Source: a virus (Duplodnaviria; Caudoviricetes). Taken from it: a stretch of 48,836 nt of DNA. Each line of letters opens with the position of its first letter. The stretch's first letter is position 1. The stretch covers positions 1-48,836 of IMG/VR virus record IMGVR_UViG_3300010362_000025; one strand, given 5' to 3'. The notes beneath the pieces were generated by a model that was not told the DNA's origin, ran no database searches, and worked only from the letters and a program-made list of their open reading frames with translations. Of the stretch, positions 26,566 to 35,263 are shown in pieces. The position numbers were made by a program, and so were the translations under genes.

Positions 26566-28056
26566 CTATAGGAACTCGACGATCCAGATCGAGCCTGCGC
26601 TAGCCGTAGAGCTCGGTCCACTGAGCCATGCTGCATTCGTCTGAGCATAGAATTGAACGGTGAGAGTATGATACCCACCTCCCACCTGGAAGATCGTAGA
26701 ACATCCCTCCCATGCAAATAAACCCGAAGTTAGATCGTAAAACTTCTGGTTGATTGAGTAGCCATCAATTAGGATTCGAGAGTACATGCCTTTTGGGGAT
26801 GCACCACCCACAAAGAGCCACATGCAAGGGAAGCAATGAACTGTGCACAATCCTCCACTCGTATAGAAGCCTACCGCTGTGTATTGGACCCACGAATCGT
26901 GAGCAACACTCGTCCAACTCAATGGGCACCCAACACCCGTGTAGGTTCGATACCCATGATTTGGGTAGACATGGTTCCGAGTGATTAGGTTATCTGCAAG
27001 GTTACAGACTGTCCGGCCATCGCTACGCCGAACGTACAGATCCCAGCTAACTGTACCTGCCGCCTGATTTGACAACCGACGGCCAAGCAGACAATCACCA
27101 GCAGGATCCATCCACCAGGCCCAACTACCGATAGCAGGATTCGGTGGGCCCCAAGGATGATTCGCAGCTAGGATGACCCGGCCATCCGTACCACCCATAC
27201 CTTGCAACAGCCCTCGCATTGCCGCTGGACCGAAAAAGACGTTCTGGGCGGAATAGAGGTTCGCTCCATTGACCACGAAATCGCCCGCCGCGCTTATGAC
27301 AGTTGGGTTCGGATAGTTACCCCCAAGCCCCCCGCCGGCAGCTCCCACTGGTGGAAACGTAGTTGGCGCGCCAGTAATCTTGCCCCACCCTACGTCGTTA
27401 ACTTTCGCATTAGTAACGGCATTGTTAGCTAGCTCAGCGTTGCCAACGGCCCCGATAGCAATCTCTGCGGCTGTGATCGCATCTGCCTTGATCGACGGGT
27501 TCGGATACGTACCCGCAAGGCTCCCACCAGCAGGTCCCGTTGGTGGTAGGATGGTAGGATACGGGGGAGCATCCGTGATCTTGCTCCACGAGACGCTGGT
27601 GATCTTTGCGTCGGTTACCCCATTCGGAGCATCAGCGATGTAGTCGGTCACCACCTGGCCGAAAACTAGCTCGGCAGGTGGTGCGTCGACCCACTCAAGA
27701 CCCTCTCCGTTCGCAGCAACAGTTAGAACCCTGAACTGATCTGTGTCCGCATATTCTGGCGCCAACCGACCTATGACAGCTGGTGTGAGATCAACCTCAG
27801 CTACCGAGCCATCTGTGATGTGAGCACTAGTGATGGAACTCGTTGCGATCTTCTGACCTGTGACAGAGCCGTCAGCAATTTTGTCAGAAGTAATGGAGCC
27901 ATCTGCGACGTTAATCGTCCCAAAGTTCCAGGCATCATACAGAGTGTCAAAGTCAGCATCGACCTCACTGGCCCACGCACTCTTGAAGCCTTTGTTGTAG
28001 GACTCGTCGAAAGTACGAACGTCACCCCGCTTGATCGGCCGTAGGACGGTTCCCAT
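26566..28056 (-). CDS. tail fibre / receptor-binding protein
   Basis: IADGSITSDKIADG repeats, GPAGGSLAGTYPNP modules, beta-rich C-terminus. Confidence 0.7.
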   Translation of the reverse strand: MGTVLRPIKRGDVRTFDESYNKGFKSAWASEVDADFDTLYDAWNFGTINVADGSITSDKIADGSVTGQKIATSSITSAHITDGSVAEVDLTPAVIGRLAPEYADTDQFRVLTVAANGEGLEWVDAPPAELVFGQVVTDYIADAPNGVTDAKITSVSWSKITDAPPYPTILPPTGPAGGSLAGTYPNPSIKADAITAAEIAIGAVGNAELANNAVTNAKVNDVGWGKITGAPTTFPPVGAAGGGLGGNYPNPTVISAAGDFVVNGANLYSAQNVFFGPAAMRGLLQGMGGTDGRVILAANHPWGPPNPAIGSWAWWMDPAGDCLLGRRLSNQAAGTVSWDLYVRRSDGRTVCNLADNLITRNHVYPNHGYRTYTGVGCPLSWTSVAHDSWVQYTAVGFYTSGGLCTVHCFPCMWLFVGGASPKGMYSRILIDGYSINQKFYDLTSGLFAWEGCSTIFQVGGGYHTLTVQFYAQTNAAWLSGPSSTASAGSIWIVEFL

Positions 28057-28403
28057 CAGTCCTTCCTCTCACACGGGTCGCCCAGCCCGTACCACTCCAT
28101 CTCGTACCATAACCCACCGTACCAGTTGTCATCCACGGCCGGGCCCTGGCACTTTACAACCTGCTCAGATGGCTCGCGACGCTCGGCCTCAACCTGGCTT
28201 GGGACAATCAGGTCGGCCATGTAATCCCGATGAGTCTTCTGATCGTCGCACGCGGCATCAACTAGCCGGTTGCTCTTATAGTGCCGCCTGGCCTCGGTGA
28301 CTGGGAAGTCGAATCCGCAGATGTAGCACTCGAACCATCGCTCCCCATACCGGGGGAACACTGGCCCGGGGCTAGTGCTTCCAACCTGCTCCTCGTAGGC
28401 CAT
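28056..28403 (-). CDS. zinc-finger-like virion morphogenesis protein
   Basis: WFECYICGFDFP...LVDAACD; GAGG RBS. Confidence 0.55.
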   Translation of the reverse strand: MAYEEQVGSTSPGPVFPRYGERWFECYICGFDFPVTEARRHYKSNRLVDAACDDQKTHRDYMADLIVPSQVEAERREPSEQVVKCQGPAVDDNWYGGLWYEMEWYGLGDPCERKD

Positions 28404-28404
28404 G

Positions 28405-28563
28405 CTACTCTACCTCAGGCTGAGTATCGATCCCGTTGCCCTCGATACTTGCGATCAATTCATCGCAGAGAGCAAGTGCTCCTCGAACCTGTTCAAGATG
28501 AATTGCTGCCTGTTTAAGGGTAGCCTGTAGTTCTTCACGCCGTTTCCGTAGTTTATCCAGCAT
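28405..28563 (-). CDS. small coiled-coil protein (52 aa)
   Basis: MLDKLRKRREELQATLKQAAIHLEQVRGALALCDELI; fills the gap, below ORF-track cutoff. Confidence 0.55.
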   Translation of the reverse strand: MLDKLRKRREELQATLKQAAIHLEQVRGALALCDELIASIEGNGIDTQPEVE

Positions 28564-28795
28564 TTGGTCCCATCCCAACTGGAGGCGTTGGGACTACCAC
28601 CTTAGCAGTGCCAGCCCATTCGTTTACGCACTCCTGTTTATCGAATAGTAGCTCAGTATCACCCATGAGCGTCCGACCGCCTGGAGGAGTAGGCTTCGAT
28701 GGATCATACCACATGAATTGAACTACTATTGGTAGCCAGTTGTCGATCGAAGTAGATTCAGCCCCACAATTGTCGCAATGATAAGTGACCGCCAT
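28553..28795 (-). CDS. putative fibre-associated small protein (CDNC)
   Basis: MAVTYHCDNCGAESTSIDNW...PPGGRTL; GAGGG RBS. Confidence 0.55.
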   Translation of the reverse strand: MAVTYHCDNCGAESTSIDNWLPIVVQFMWYDPSKPTPPGGRTLMGDTELLFDKQECVNEWAGTAKVVVPTPPVGMGPNAG

Positions 28796-28805
28796 CGTTA
28801 TTCCC

Positions 28806-29783
28806 TCACGCAAATTCGATCCAGAATAGGATTCCCGTGTTATCAGCGCGGTTTGTCAGGAAGTTGGCTGAACTATACACATCCACGTAAGGCGTCGTGG
28901 ATCCAGCACCAGACCAAAACGTTGTGATGGGTGTCGGGACTGGCGCCCCTGAGGCACAGATGCAATGCACGGTCCGCGTACCCCAGCCTGCCGTGTTGTT
29001 CATCGTAACATAGACCTCGCCCTGATTACCGGCTTGTCCAAGGCCACTCCAGAGCCCATACAGAACGAGTCCACCACGACAGTTGAATGCGGAGCCCGTC
29101 ACGTAGCGCGTCCAAGTACCTCCGTTAATCACGAGGTTCGCGGTAATGCCCCACACCTGTACTTGATAGATGGAATGGCCCGCTGCGATCATGTCCCGTA
29201 GGACGGTGCTGTTGGCGAGGCTACAATTCAGCTTGCCAGCTGCATCCACGAGAAGCATCTGTGTAAATGCTAACGCGCCAGTCGCTGGCGCCGCGCGAAG
29301 AAGGCGAAAATCGTCCCCAGCTACTGAGGATCGCATCGCTGTTAACCAACAAGACTGCGCCTTATCATCTGATGTCCAGGCTCCAACGGTATCCATCACA
29401 CCATTAACGCCGTAAAAGATAGCGTCCGCAGCGGGATTAGATGAGATGCGTCCTTTAACTGTCCGCGGACCAAATGCAATATCTGAACCATTCGCAGGAA
29501 CATAAACAATCTTCGTCGGATCCGTTGGCAGGATTGTCGCACCGGAAGTAGTCCACTTAGATTTTGCTGCCGCTGTTATGGTCGGATCAGGGTACGTACC
29601 CGAGAGATCGCCACCCGCTGGTCCTGTCGGTGCTCCTCCTGCCCCCGGGCCGATCTTGCCCCACGTAAGACCATCCGAGATATACAGGGCCTTCTCCGTT
29701 GTGTTGTAGTACGAGTCCCCAGCTAAGCCAATGGCCGGAGCGCTCGCGTACGGAGCCGCGTTGGTGTTTCCGTAATCTCTCAT
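28806..29783 (-). CDS. second tail fibre / receptor-binding protein
   Basis: GPAGGDLSGTYPDP module; C-terminal domain resembles that of 26566-28056. Confidence 0.65.
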   Translation of the reverse strand: MRDYGNTNAAPYASAPAIGLAGDSYYNTTEKALYISDGLTWGKIGPGAGGAPTGPAGGDLSGTYPDPTITAAAKSKWTTSGATILPTDPTKIVYVPANGSDIAFGPRTVKGRISSNPAADAIFYGVNGVMDTVGAWTSDDKAQSCWLTAMRSSVAGDDFRLLRAAPATGALAFTQMLLVDAAGKLNCSLANSTVLRDMIAAGHSIYQVQVWGITANLVINGGTWTRYVTGSAFNCRGGLVLYGLWSGLGQAGNQGEVYVTMNNTAGWGTRTVHCICASGAPVPTPITTFWSGAGSTTPYVDVYSSANFLTNRADNTGILFWIEFA

Positions 29784-31009
29784 CCAATTACCACGGCTCG
29801 ATATCCAGCACCCAAGTTCGGATTATAACGAATCGTGACTGCATTCACGGTTGTTGCGTCCCAATCGACTTCCACCGCTGTGTAGGGCGTCGCCCCGTTG
29901 TAAACGACAACATGAACATCCCGGGTGTTGAGATTGTGCGTCACGGTCTCAGGACTCGCCGTCCCAGTGAGCACAGCGGCGTACTTCTTGGCAACCCCAG
30001 CGACTGCCGTGTCCACATAGCTGCGGGTGGCGATAACTGCCGTATCGACCGCCACCGTATCGGCACCGACCGTAATACCTGTGCCGGCACCGACGTCGAA
30101 CGTGGTGCCCGTGAGGGTCAAACCTGCGCCGCCGATGTAGCTCGCTGGCGCCCCGAACTGCACCCACGTCAGGCCCGTCGTGCCGACCGTGATCGGCGCA
30201 TTCGTCGTCATCACCCAGGCCGTATCCGCTTGGGTCGTGCCCTCGGAGACGAACACCGCCGAGTTCAGCAGGTATGATTCGGAGGTCGCGTCCGACGCCC
30301 GCGACCAGCCGCCGGACGCGGCGATGTAGATGCCGTTCTCCGCCGGGGCCGTCTGGTTCTTGACGAGAATCCGATTGCCACCCACGGGCGTCACGCCGTC
30401 AATCGCCGCCAGGCCCGTGAGCCCGACGTTCGCCGTCGTCGCAATCCGGCAGACGTCTTTCCACGACAGCCCATTCACGACCTGATCGACATAGTTCTTC
30501 GGCGCCGCGTCGGTATTACTCACCGGCGACGCCAGGTTGGTGATCCGGACGTTGTTCAGGTTGAGATCGACGGATGGTGGGGCCAGCGCGGAGAGAGAGA
30601 TCGTGGAGTGCGCCGCCGCGTCATGGACCGGGTTGCCGTGCGTGTGATCAGATCGCGCAATAGTCGTTGCAGAACCGTTCCCGCCACTCGCACCGAATGC
30701 TGTCTCGGCAGTAATCGTCCCGAAGGCTGGCATCCCATGCTTGTGGTCGCCTCGGGAGAACAACGTGCTCGAGCCCGGGACTGCAGCATCGCCAATCGCA
30801 GCTGTAGTTACGGTGTCGGAGGGTACTGCGCCAGCAGCCGCCTTCGCCGCGATCCATTGGGTCCCGTCGTACCAATAGAGAGTATTATCGGCGGTGTTAA
30901 AGTACATCAATCCCTTGACAGGCGCAGAGGGCGCCGTGCCAAGGTTCTGCATCACGGCATTCCGTATCTCGTTCTTTACAATGTCTAGCGGTCCGTAGAT
31001 CGTAGGCAT
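29780..31009 (-). CDS. fibre / head decoration-like structural protein
   Basis: ITNLASP...DAAPKNYVD, RILVKNQTAPAENGIY, GAGLTLTG, VTHNLNT motifs common in phage fibres. Confidence 0.7.
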   Translation of the reverse strand: MPTIYGPLDIVKNEIRNAVMQNLGTAPSAPVKGLMYFNTADNTLYWYDGTQWIAAKAAAGAVPSDTVTTAAIGDAAVPGSSTLFSRGDHKHGMPAFGTITAETAFGASGGNGSATTIARSDHTHGNPVHDAAAHSTISLSALAPPSVDLNLNNVRITNLASPVSNTDAAPKNYVDQVVNGLSWKDVCRIATTANVGLTGLAAIDGVTPVGGNRILVKNQTAPAENGIYIAASGGWSRASDATSESYLLNSAVFVSEGTTQADTAWVMTTNAPITVGTTGLTWVQFGAPASYIGGAGLTLTGTTFDVGAGTGITVGADTVAVDTAVIATRSYVDTAVAGVAKKYAAVLTGTASPETVTHNLNTRDVHVVVYNGATPYTAVEVDWDATTVNAVTIRYNPNLGAGYRAVVIG

Positions 31010-31018
31010 GCAAGCTCC

Positions 31019-31528
31019 CTAGCTAAGATACGCCTCGCCACCAACAGCAGCCGAAAAGGTCAACCGCATACTCGTTGCAGCCGGATACTCGACAAGTCCA
31101 GGAACCATCTCTCGGCCCGTCGAGTCTACGGCCGTCACATTTGGCCTAAATGAAAGGTTGTGCACAATGTCCCACACCGTCGCAGCCGTCGCCTGCACAT
31201 GGCGGTATGCCCCGTCCGCAGCTGGAGGCGCACCTGTTATCTTGCTCCACGCAACGTCGGTAATATTCGCGTCACTAACCGCACCATTAGCAATAAATGG
31301 ATTCGGGTAGTTACCAGTAAGGTCACCACCAGCAGGTCCCGATGGCGGTAAACCAGGGGCTCCCGAAATAGCACCCCAGTCCACTAGACTGAGCTTACCA
31401 ATGAAGATGTCTTCCATCTGTTCCACGAGCGCTCGGGCCCATTGGAGCAGGTCCACATCTCTAGCCAAGCGTGGAAGTGATGCTAGCTGCTTAGCCACAA
31501 CTCTCTCCCCATCTCTGCGCGTCAGCAA
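31019..31528 (-). CDS. fibre-related structural protein
   Basis: GPAGGDLTGNYPNP, VAWSKITGAP, WDIVHNLSFRPNVTAVD. Confidence 0.6.
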   Translation of the reverse strand: MLTRRDGERVVAKQLASLPRLARDVDLLQWARALVEQMEDIFIGKLSLVDWGAISGAPGLPPSGPAGGDLTGNYPNPFIANGAVSDANITDVAWSKITGAPPAADGAYRHVQATAATVWDIVHNLSFRPNVTAVDSTGREMVPGLVEYPAATSMRLTFSAAVGGEAYLS

Positions 31529-31679
31529 ATCGAGCCAGGCAATCGTCCTGCGAGAAGCGAAGTGCGTCGATCGCTTCCTCTACCGAGTAGCCACGACCGA
31601 CGCACCCCACCAGTTGTGGGCACCGCGCAACCCACACATCTTCTACGAACTCGATCTCGATGCGGTATCGAGAGTCCAT
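31491..31679 (-). CDS. HicB-like antitoxin-fold protein
   Basis: YRIEIEFVEDVWVARCPQLVGCVGRGYSVEEAIDALR matches the HicB N-terminal partial RNase H fold; TGATG coupling. Confidence 0.7.
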   Translation of the reverse strand: MDSRYRIEIEFVEDVWVARCPQLVGCVGRGYSVEEAIDALRFSQDDCLARFADAQRWGESCG

Positions 31680-32437
31680 CAGAATGCGTTCGCCCCCGAC
31701 CACGAGTACCAGTTCTGCACGGCATCATACCGAAGCGCAGACGCACCTGGATCGTACGAGATCGCGACTCCACTCAGCAGGTCTCCAGACATCAGGCCAA
31801 TAGCGCCTGATAGACCTCCCGAGCGGACCACAACTGCAACTGGATCTACCATCGCAGATCGAGGCCCAGGAGCATCGACGAGGATCGTCCGGCCTTCCAC
31901 ATATCGACCGCGAGCACCTGATTGGGCGATCGTAGCGATAGGCGTGCCCATGACAGTATTCGCCAACCATTGAGCTTCGGTCCCGACGTTGAGCGTCATC
32001 ATAGTCCCGTCATCAGTCACGTACAGATACTTGATATCGTTTCCGTTGTTGTTCATCAGCCCAATGGCCGGGGCAGCCCCGCCCGGGGCAGGGCATATTA
32101 GCACAGCGCTAGACACCCGCTCTGTGCCACACATAGCCCACCCCGGAGGAATTCGCCTCACCCCACTCGGCGTAGCTCCAGGTCCAACAGGCGTGATAGG
32201 CGACCCGATAGCTGTCCCCCCAGCAGGGTTGGTCATGACCTCGGTAACTCCACCGAACATTAAGGTCATCGGACTTGTGCCGTTGATGTACAGGTAGGCT
32301 TCGTGGCCCTTATCGGTCTCGAAGCAGAAGGTGCCACAGGTTCCTGGGGTCGAGAAGGCACCAAGAATAGACGACCACCGATCGCTGCCGTGGATCGACA
32401 CGCGTCGTGGCCACACGTTCGTTACTGGTACTGGCAT
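31679..32437 (-). CDS. structural protein of unknown function
   Basis: AGAGGAGG RBS; follows major capsid gene. Confidence 0.55.
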   Translation of the reverse strand: MPVPVTNVWPRRVSIHGSDRWSSILGAFSTPGTCGTFCFETDKGHEAYLYINGTSPMTLMFGGVTEVMTNPAGGTAIGSPITPVGPGATPSGVRRIPPGWAMCGTERVSSAVLICPAPGGAAPAIGLMNNNGNDIKYLYVTDDGTMMTLNVGTEAQWLANTVMGTPIATIAQSGARGRYVEGRTILVDAPGPRSAMVDPVAVVVRSGGLSGAIGLMSGDLLSGVAISYDPGASALRYDAVQNWYSWSGANAF

Positions 32438-32454
32438 AGTTGGCCCTCCTCTTA

Positions 32455-32475
32455 GGGCTTCAATCGCTGAAGCCC
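32455..32475. promoter_or_regulatory. TTCAAT-N3-TGAA box (site 5, 32459-32471) within an 8-bp hairpin after the capsid gene
   Basis: GGGCTTCA-ATCGC-TGAAGCCC. Confidence 0.7.
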
Positions 32476-32482
32476 CAAGCTA

Positions 32483-33391
32483 TCAGGCCCCCTGCGATCC
32501 GTACGTACCACGCCACTCGCCGGCGCCGGTCGAGAACCGCTGGAATGCCTTGAACTTTGCGTCGCCCGAGTCGAAGTCGTCACCGTTCTGGAACCGAACG
32601 GCCTGGCGCTCGAAGAAGTTCAGGTCGTGATCGCCCTTGCCAGCCAACAGGAACCAGCTGTCCGGGTCCACGATGTAGTGCCCGACCATGTAGTCGAGCC
32701 CCTCCTCGCGCAACGCATTGATCTCGTTGTTCGAGGTGTACGGCCGGAACTCCGAGCCGAGAATCTCCCGTGCAGTCATCTTGAGCTGAGGCCCAACGAC
32801 CAGCAGCTTCGGCTTGATGACCACCGGGATGTCCATCTCGTCCGTTAGGGACTCGAACGAGATGATCGCAGCCTCAAGGGACGTTGGCGAGAGGTCTGCG
32901 TCGGTGGCCGCCCGGTTGGAACCCGTCCCCCCACCCAGCTTGGTGTGCGTCGCACTAAACAACGGCTCGTTCGCCCCAAACTTTGGGAAACCATATTCGG
33001 TAGTAAACCCGTTGTTCAGCATGTTGAAGAACGCCACCTCCCGCGCATTGCGGGCCGCCTTGCTCAGCTCCCGGGTGTTCTTCTTCATGACGTTGTACAG
33101 GTCGTCTTCCATCATCTCCAGGGTGACCCTGAAACCGAGCCCGTACGTTAGATGAGTGTAGCGCTTCTTGCCACCCTGCCTGAAGTCTTGGTATACGATC
33201 CCCCGACCTTCAGGCTTGATGGGCATAGACCCGAGGCCGCCCACCTCGAGGTCTTCCTCGTATGCCCTGCTGGACTTCTCCTGGTTAGCGATCTTTGAAT
33301 ACTCTGCGGGCCGCTCTTCCAGATTCTGGAAGAACACCTTCCGCAGACCGGGAGCCAGCAGGTAGCTGAATGCACCTGATACGTTGACCAT
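32483..33391 (-). CDS. major capsid protein (Mu gpT-like HK97 fold)
   Basis: LAPGL, S.RAYEED, YGLGFRVTLEMMEDDLY, PLFSATH, PKLLVVGP, D.DSWFL, GEWRGTYGS.G; GGAGG RBS. Confidence 0.9.
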   Translation of the reverse strand: MVNVSGAFSYLLAPGLRKVFFQNLEERPAEYSKIANQEKSSRAYEEDLEVGGLGSMPIKPEGRGIVYQDFRQGGKKRYTHLTYGLGFRVTLEMMEDDLYNVMKKNTRELSKAARNAREVAFFNMLNNGFTTEYGFPKFGANEPLFSATHTKLGGGTGSNRAATDADLSPTSLEAAIISFESLTDEMDIPVVIKPKLLVVGPQLKMTAREILGSEFRPYTSNNEINALREEGLDYMVGHYIVDPDSWFLLAGKGDHDLNFFERQAVRFQNGDDFDSGDAKFKAFQRFSTGAGEWRGTYGSQGA

Positions 33392-33403
33392 CCCAGCCTC
33401 CCC

Positions 33404-33838
33404 CTACGCCGTCTTCCCGAGTTGGGTCGCAGACTCTAAGAATTTGCCTCGCGCGATTACCTGGCCCGGAGGCAACGATTGGCCAATCTCCATAACCAGG
33501 AATGTGCCTACTGTTGCACGATCGGCGCTCCATAGGGCACCTGTCTTCTTGATCGTGACGAGCTTCCCGACGTCCGCCTGTACCCCACCTGCCATCACGA
33601 CACCGAACAGCGTGTCATCGTTTGCAACCCAGACCTGCACAGGGTTGTTAGTCTTCCCGCTAGCGTTCACGGCTGCCACACCAACCACCGACGCAGCACC
33701 CGTCGCAGCCTCCTGCACCACGCCAGCGGCGAGTACCACGGGAGCCCCCACCTCGAAGGTCTGCGCCGCAGCCTCAGGAAAGGTCAACGTCTCGGGGCTG
33801 TTGCCCGAGATGGTCCTCTGCTGCTCGAGCTGCCTCAT
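33404..33838 (-). CDS. capsid decoration/cement protein
   Basis: Small Ala/Val/Gly beta protein directly upstream of MCP. Confidence 0.6.
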   Translation of the reverse strand: MRQLEQQRTISGNSPETLTFPEAAAQTFEVGAPVVLAAGVVQEAATGAASVVGVAAVNASGKTNNPVQVWVANDDTLFGVVMAGGVQADVGKLVTIKKTGALWSADRATVGTFLVMEIGQSLPPGQVIARGKFLESATQLGKTA

Positions 33839-34291
33839 CTACTTGTCCTCCAGGTCCACATCGTCCCGAGTGACGCTACCCGCGTAGCCCGGCACGTCCC
33901 GATGCTCCTCGTACGCCCCCTCGCCGACTGAGTGCTTAAAGCTCGCAGTTACACCAGTTGCTAGGGCGTCGATCTTCTTCTTGTTCCTGCGCCTGTATTC
34001 CTCGTGCAGCTCCTTCGGAATCCGCGCGAGCACCAGGTCCCCGACCTCCACCTGCCCCACCACCGATTCACCCGCCTTCATAGGCGTGTTATCTTTGCAG
34101 ATGCCTTCCTCTGGTCCACCACTAACGATCTCATATCCGAGGAAGTCACGCTTGCGGGCCATGTTCAGGCGCTCCTTGCGAAGCCACCGATAGTGGAAGT
34201 TTGGATCCTTGTTCTTTACCTCCAGCGGATCGTAGATGCCTGCTTCCCGCTTCTTATCCGCTTCGTCTTTGGTAACGGAAATACCCATCAT
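33839..34291 (-). CDS. conserved head-module protein
   Basis: DPNFHYRWLR...GYEIV...GDLVLARIPKE motif typical of this position in phage head operons. Confidence 0.6.
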   Translation of the reverse strand: MMGISVTKDEADKKREAGIYDPLEVKNKDPNFHYRWLRKERLNMARKRDFLGYEIVSGGPEEGICKDNTPMKAGESVVGQVEVGDLVLARIPKELHEEYRRRNKKKIDALATGVTASFKHSVGEGAYEEHRDVPGYAGSVTRDDVDLEDK

Positions 34292-35010
34292 GCCGCCTTT
34301 GTGCGCCCCTTGGATTTAGCCGGCCGTTCGCCAGTTGGGCTTCCCCACTTGGCCCAGTCGTCCTCATCCATGTCGAACGCCTTCATCACCTCTCGCTCCT
34401 CACGAGAGGTAGGCCTGCTACGGCTCTCCTTCGCCTCAGCCGGGCTGGCGCCTTCCGGCTGCGAAGCGCGCTCGCGTTCCTGTTTGCGTGCCTCTTCCAC
34501 CTCCTCTTCGAGATGCTGGGAGCGCACGTACTTTAGTGCAGCCGTGTAGCTGCCAGGCTTCGCCTTGACATCTAGCGGCATGTCTCTCATGAACTCATCA
34601 ACCTCGTCGGCGTACTTGTCGAACAACTTCCCGTGCTTCTGGCGAGCAACATCGCGCTCGTTGTCCGCACTGCGTCCGAAGTATTCCTGCACGATAGGCC
34701 CGACCCGCATTGTCACTAGATCGTTCATCGCAGCAACTGGGTCTTCGTCGAAGCGGTCTCGCAGCGTCTTGACCTGCTGCTGAGCACCACGATCGCCAGC
34801 GGCGGCCGCCCGCTGGATTTGCTCGAGGATGACGCTTACCTGGCCTCGCGCTGACGCAGCCTCTTCGAGACTACGTTGCGTGACACCACGCATCTCCTCG
34901 CGCTCTGATTCTAGACGAGCAACCTTCTTAGCTAAGTCCTCTTGCTCCTCAACCTTCTCCGTTGACTCTTCCTGTGTACCCGCCTGCTCGTCCTCGTTGT
35001 CGCCTATCAT
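34288..35010 (-). CDS. scaffolding protein
   Basis: Acidic coiled-coil, between portal and capsid. Confidence 0.7.
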   Translation of the reverse strand: MIGDNEDEQAGTQEESTEKVEEQEDLAKKVARLESEREEMRGVTQRSLEEAASARGQVSVILEQIQRAAAAGDRGAQQQVKTLRDRFDEDPVAAMNDLVTMRVGPIVQEYFGRSADNERDVARQKHGKLFDKYADEVDEFMRDMPLDVKAKPGSYTAALKYVRSQHLEEEVEEARKQERERASQPEGASPAEAKESRSRPTSREEREVMKAFDMDEDDWAKWGSPTGERPAKSKGRTKAA

Positions 35011-35263
35011 TGTCCACCTCTTGCTTCGCCTGTTCCAGGCGTTCTAGCAACATATCGCCGAAGTCAATAACAACATTCAGCGCATTGAATTCACCCCGAA
35101 CTTCTACGAACTCTTCCCAGTTACTGCATCCCACCATTCGGAGAAGGCATCCCTGCCGGGCCTCCACCAGATGCTCCCACAGCAGGACCCATTCCGGCTC
35201 CGTTCTGATTCGGTCCAGGGCCTCCTTGAGGTCCGCCGGGTTGTTGGGCATTGGCATTGGCAT
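34949..35263 (-). CDS. small post-portal head protein
   Basis: GGAGAG RBS; helical; overlaps portal tail. Confidence 0.55.
   Translation of the reverse strand: MPMPMPNNPADLKEALDRIRTEPEWVLLWEHLVEARQGCLLRMVGCSNWEEFVEVRGEFNALNVVIDFGDMLLERLEQAKQEVDNDRRQRGRAGGYTGRVNGEG

Noticed and set aside
26566-31528. Diversity-generating retroelement acting on the fibre genes
   Set aside because: No reverse transcriptase and no near-identical template/variable repeat pair differing at adenines; similarity is at the protein level only.
35076-35089. TTCA-GCGCAT-TGAA as a ninth box
   Set aside because: Spacer is 6 rather than 5 and it lies in coding sequence.
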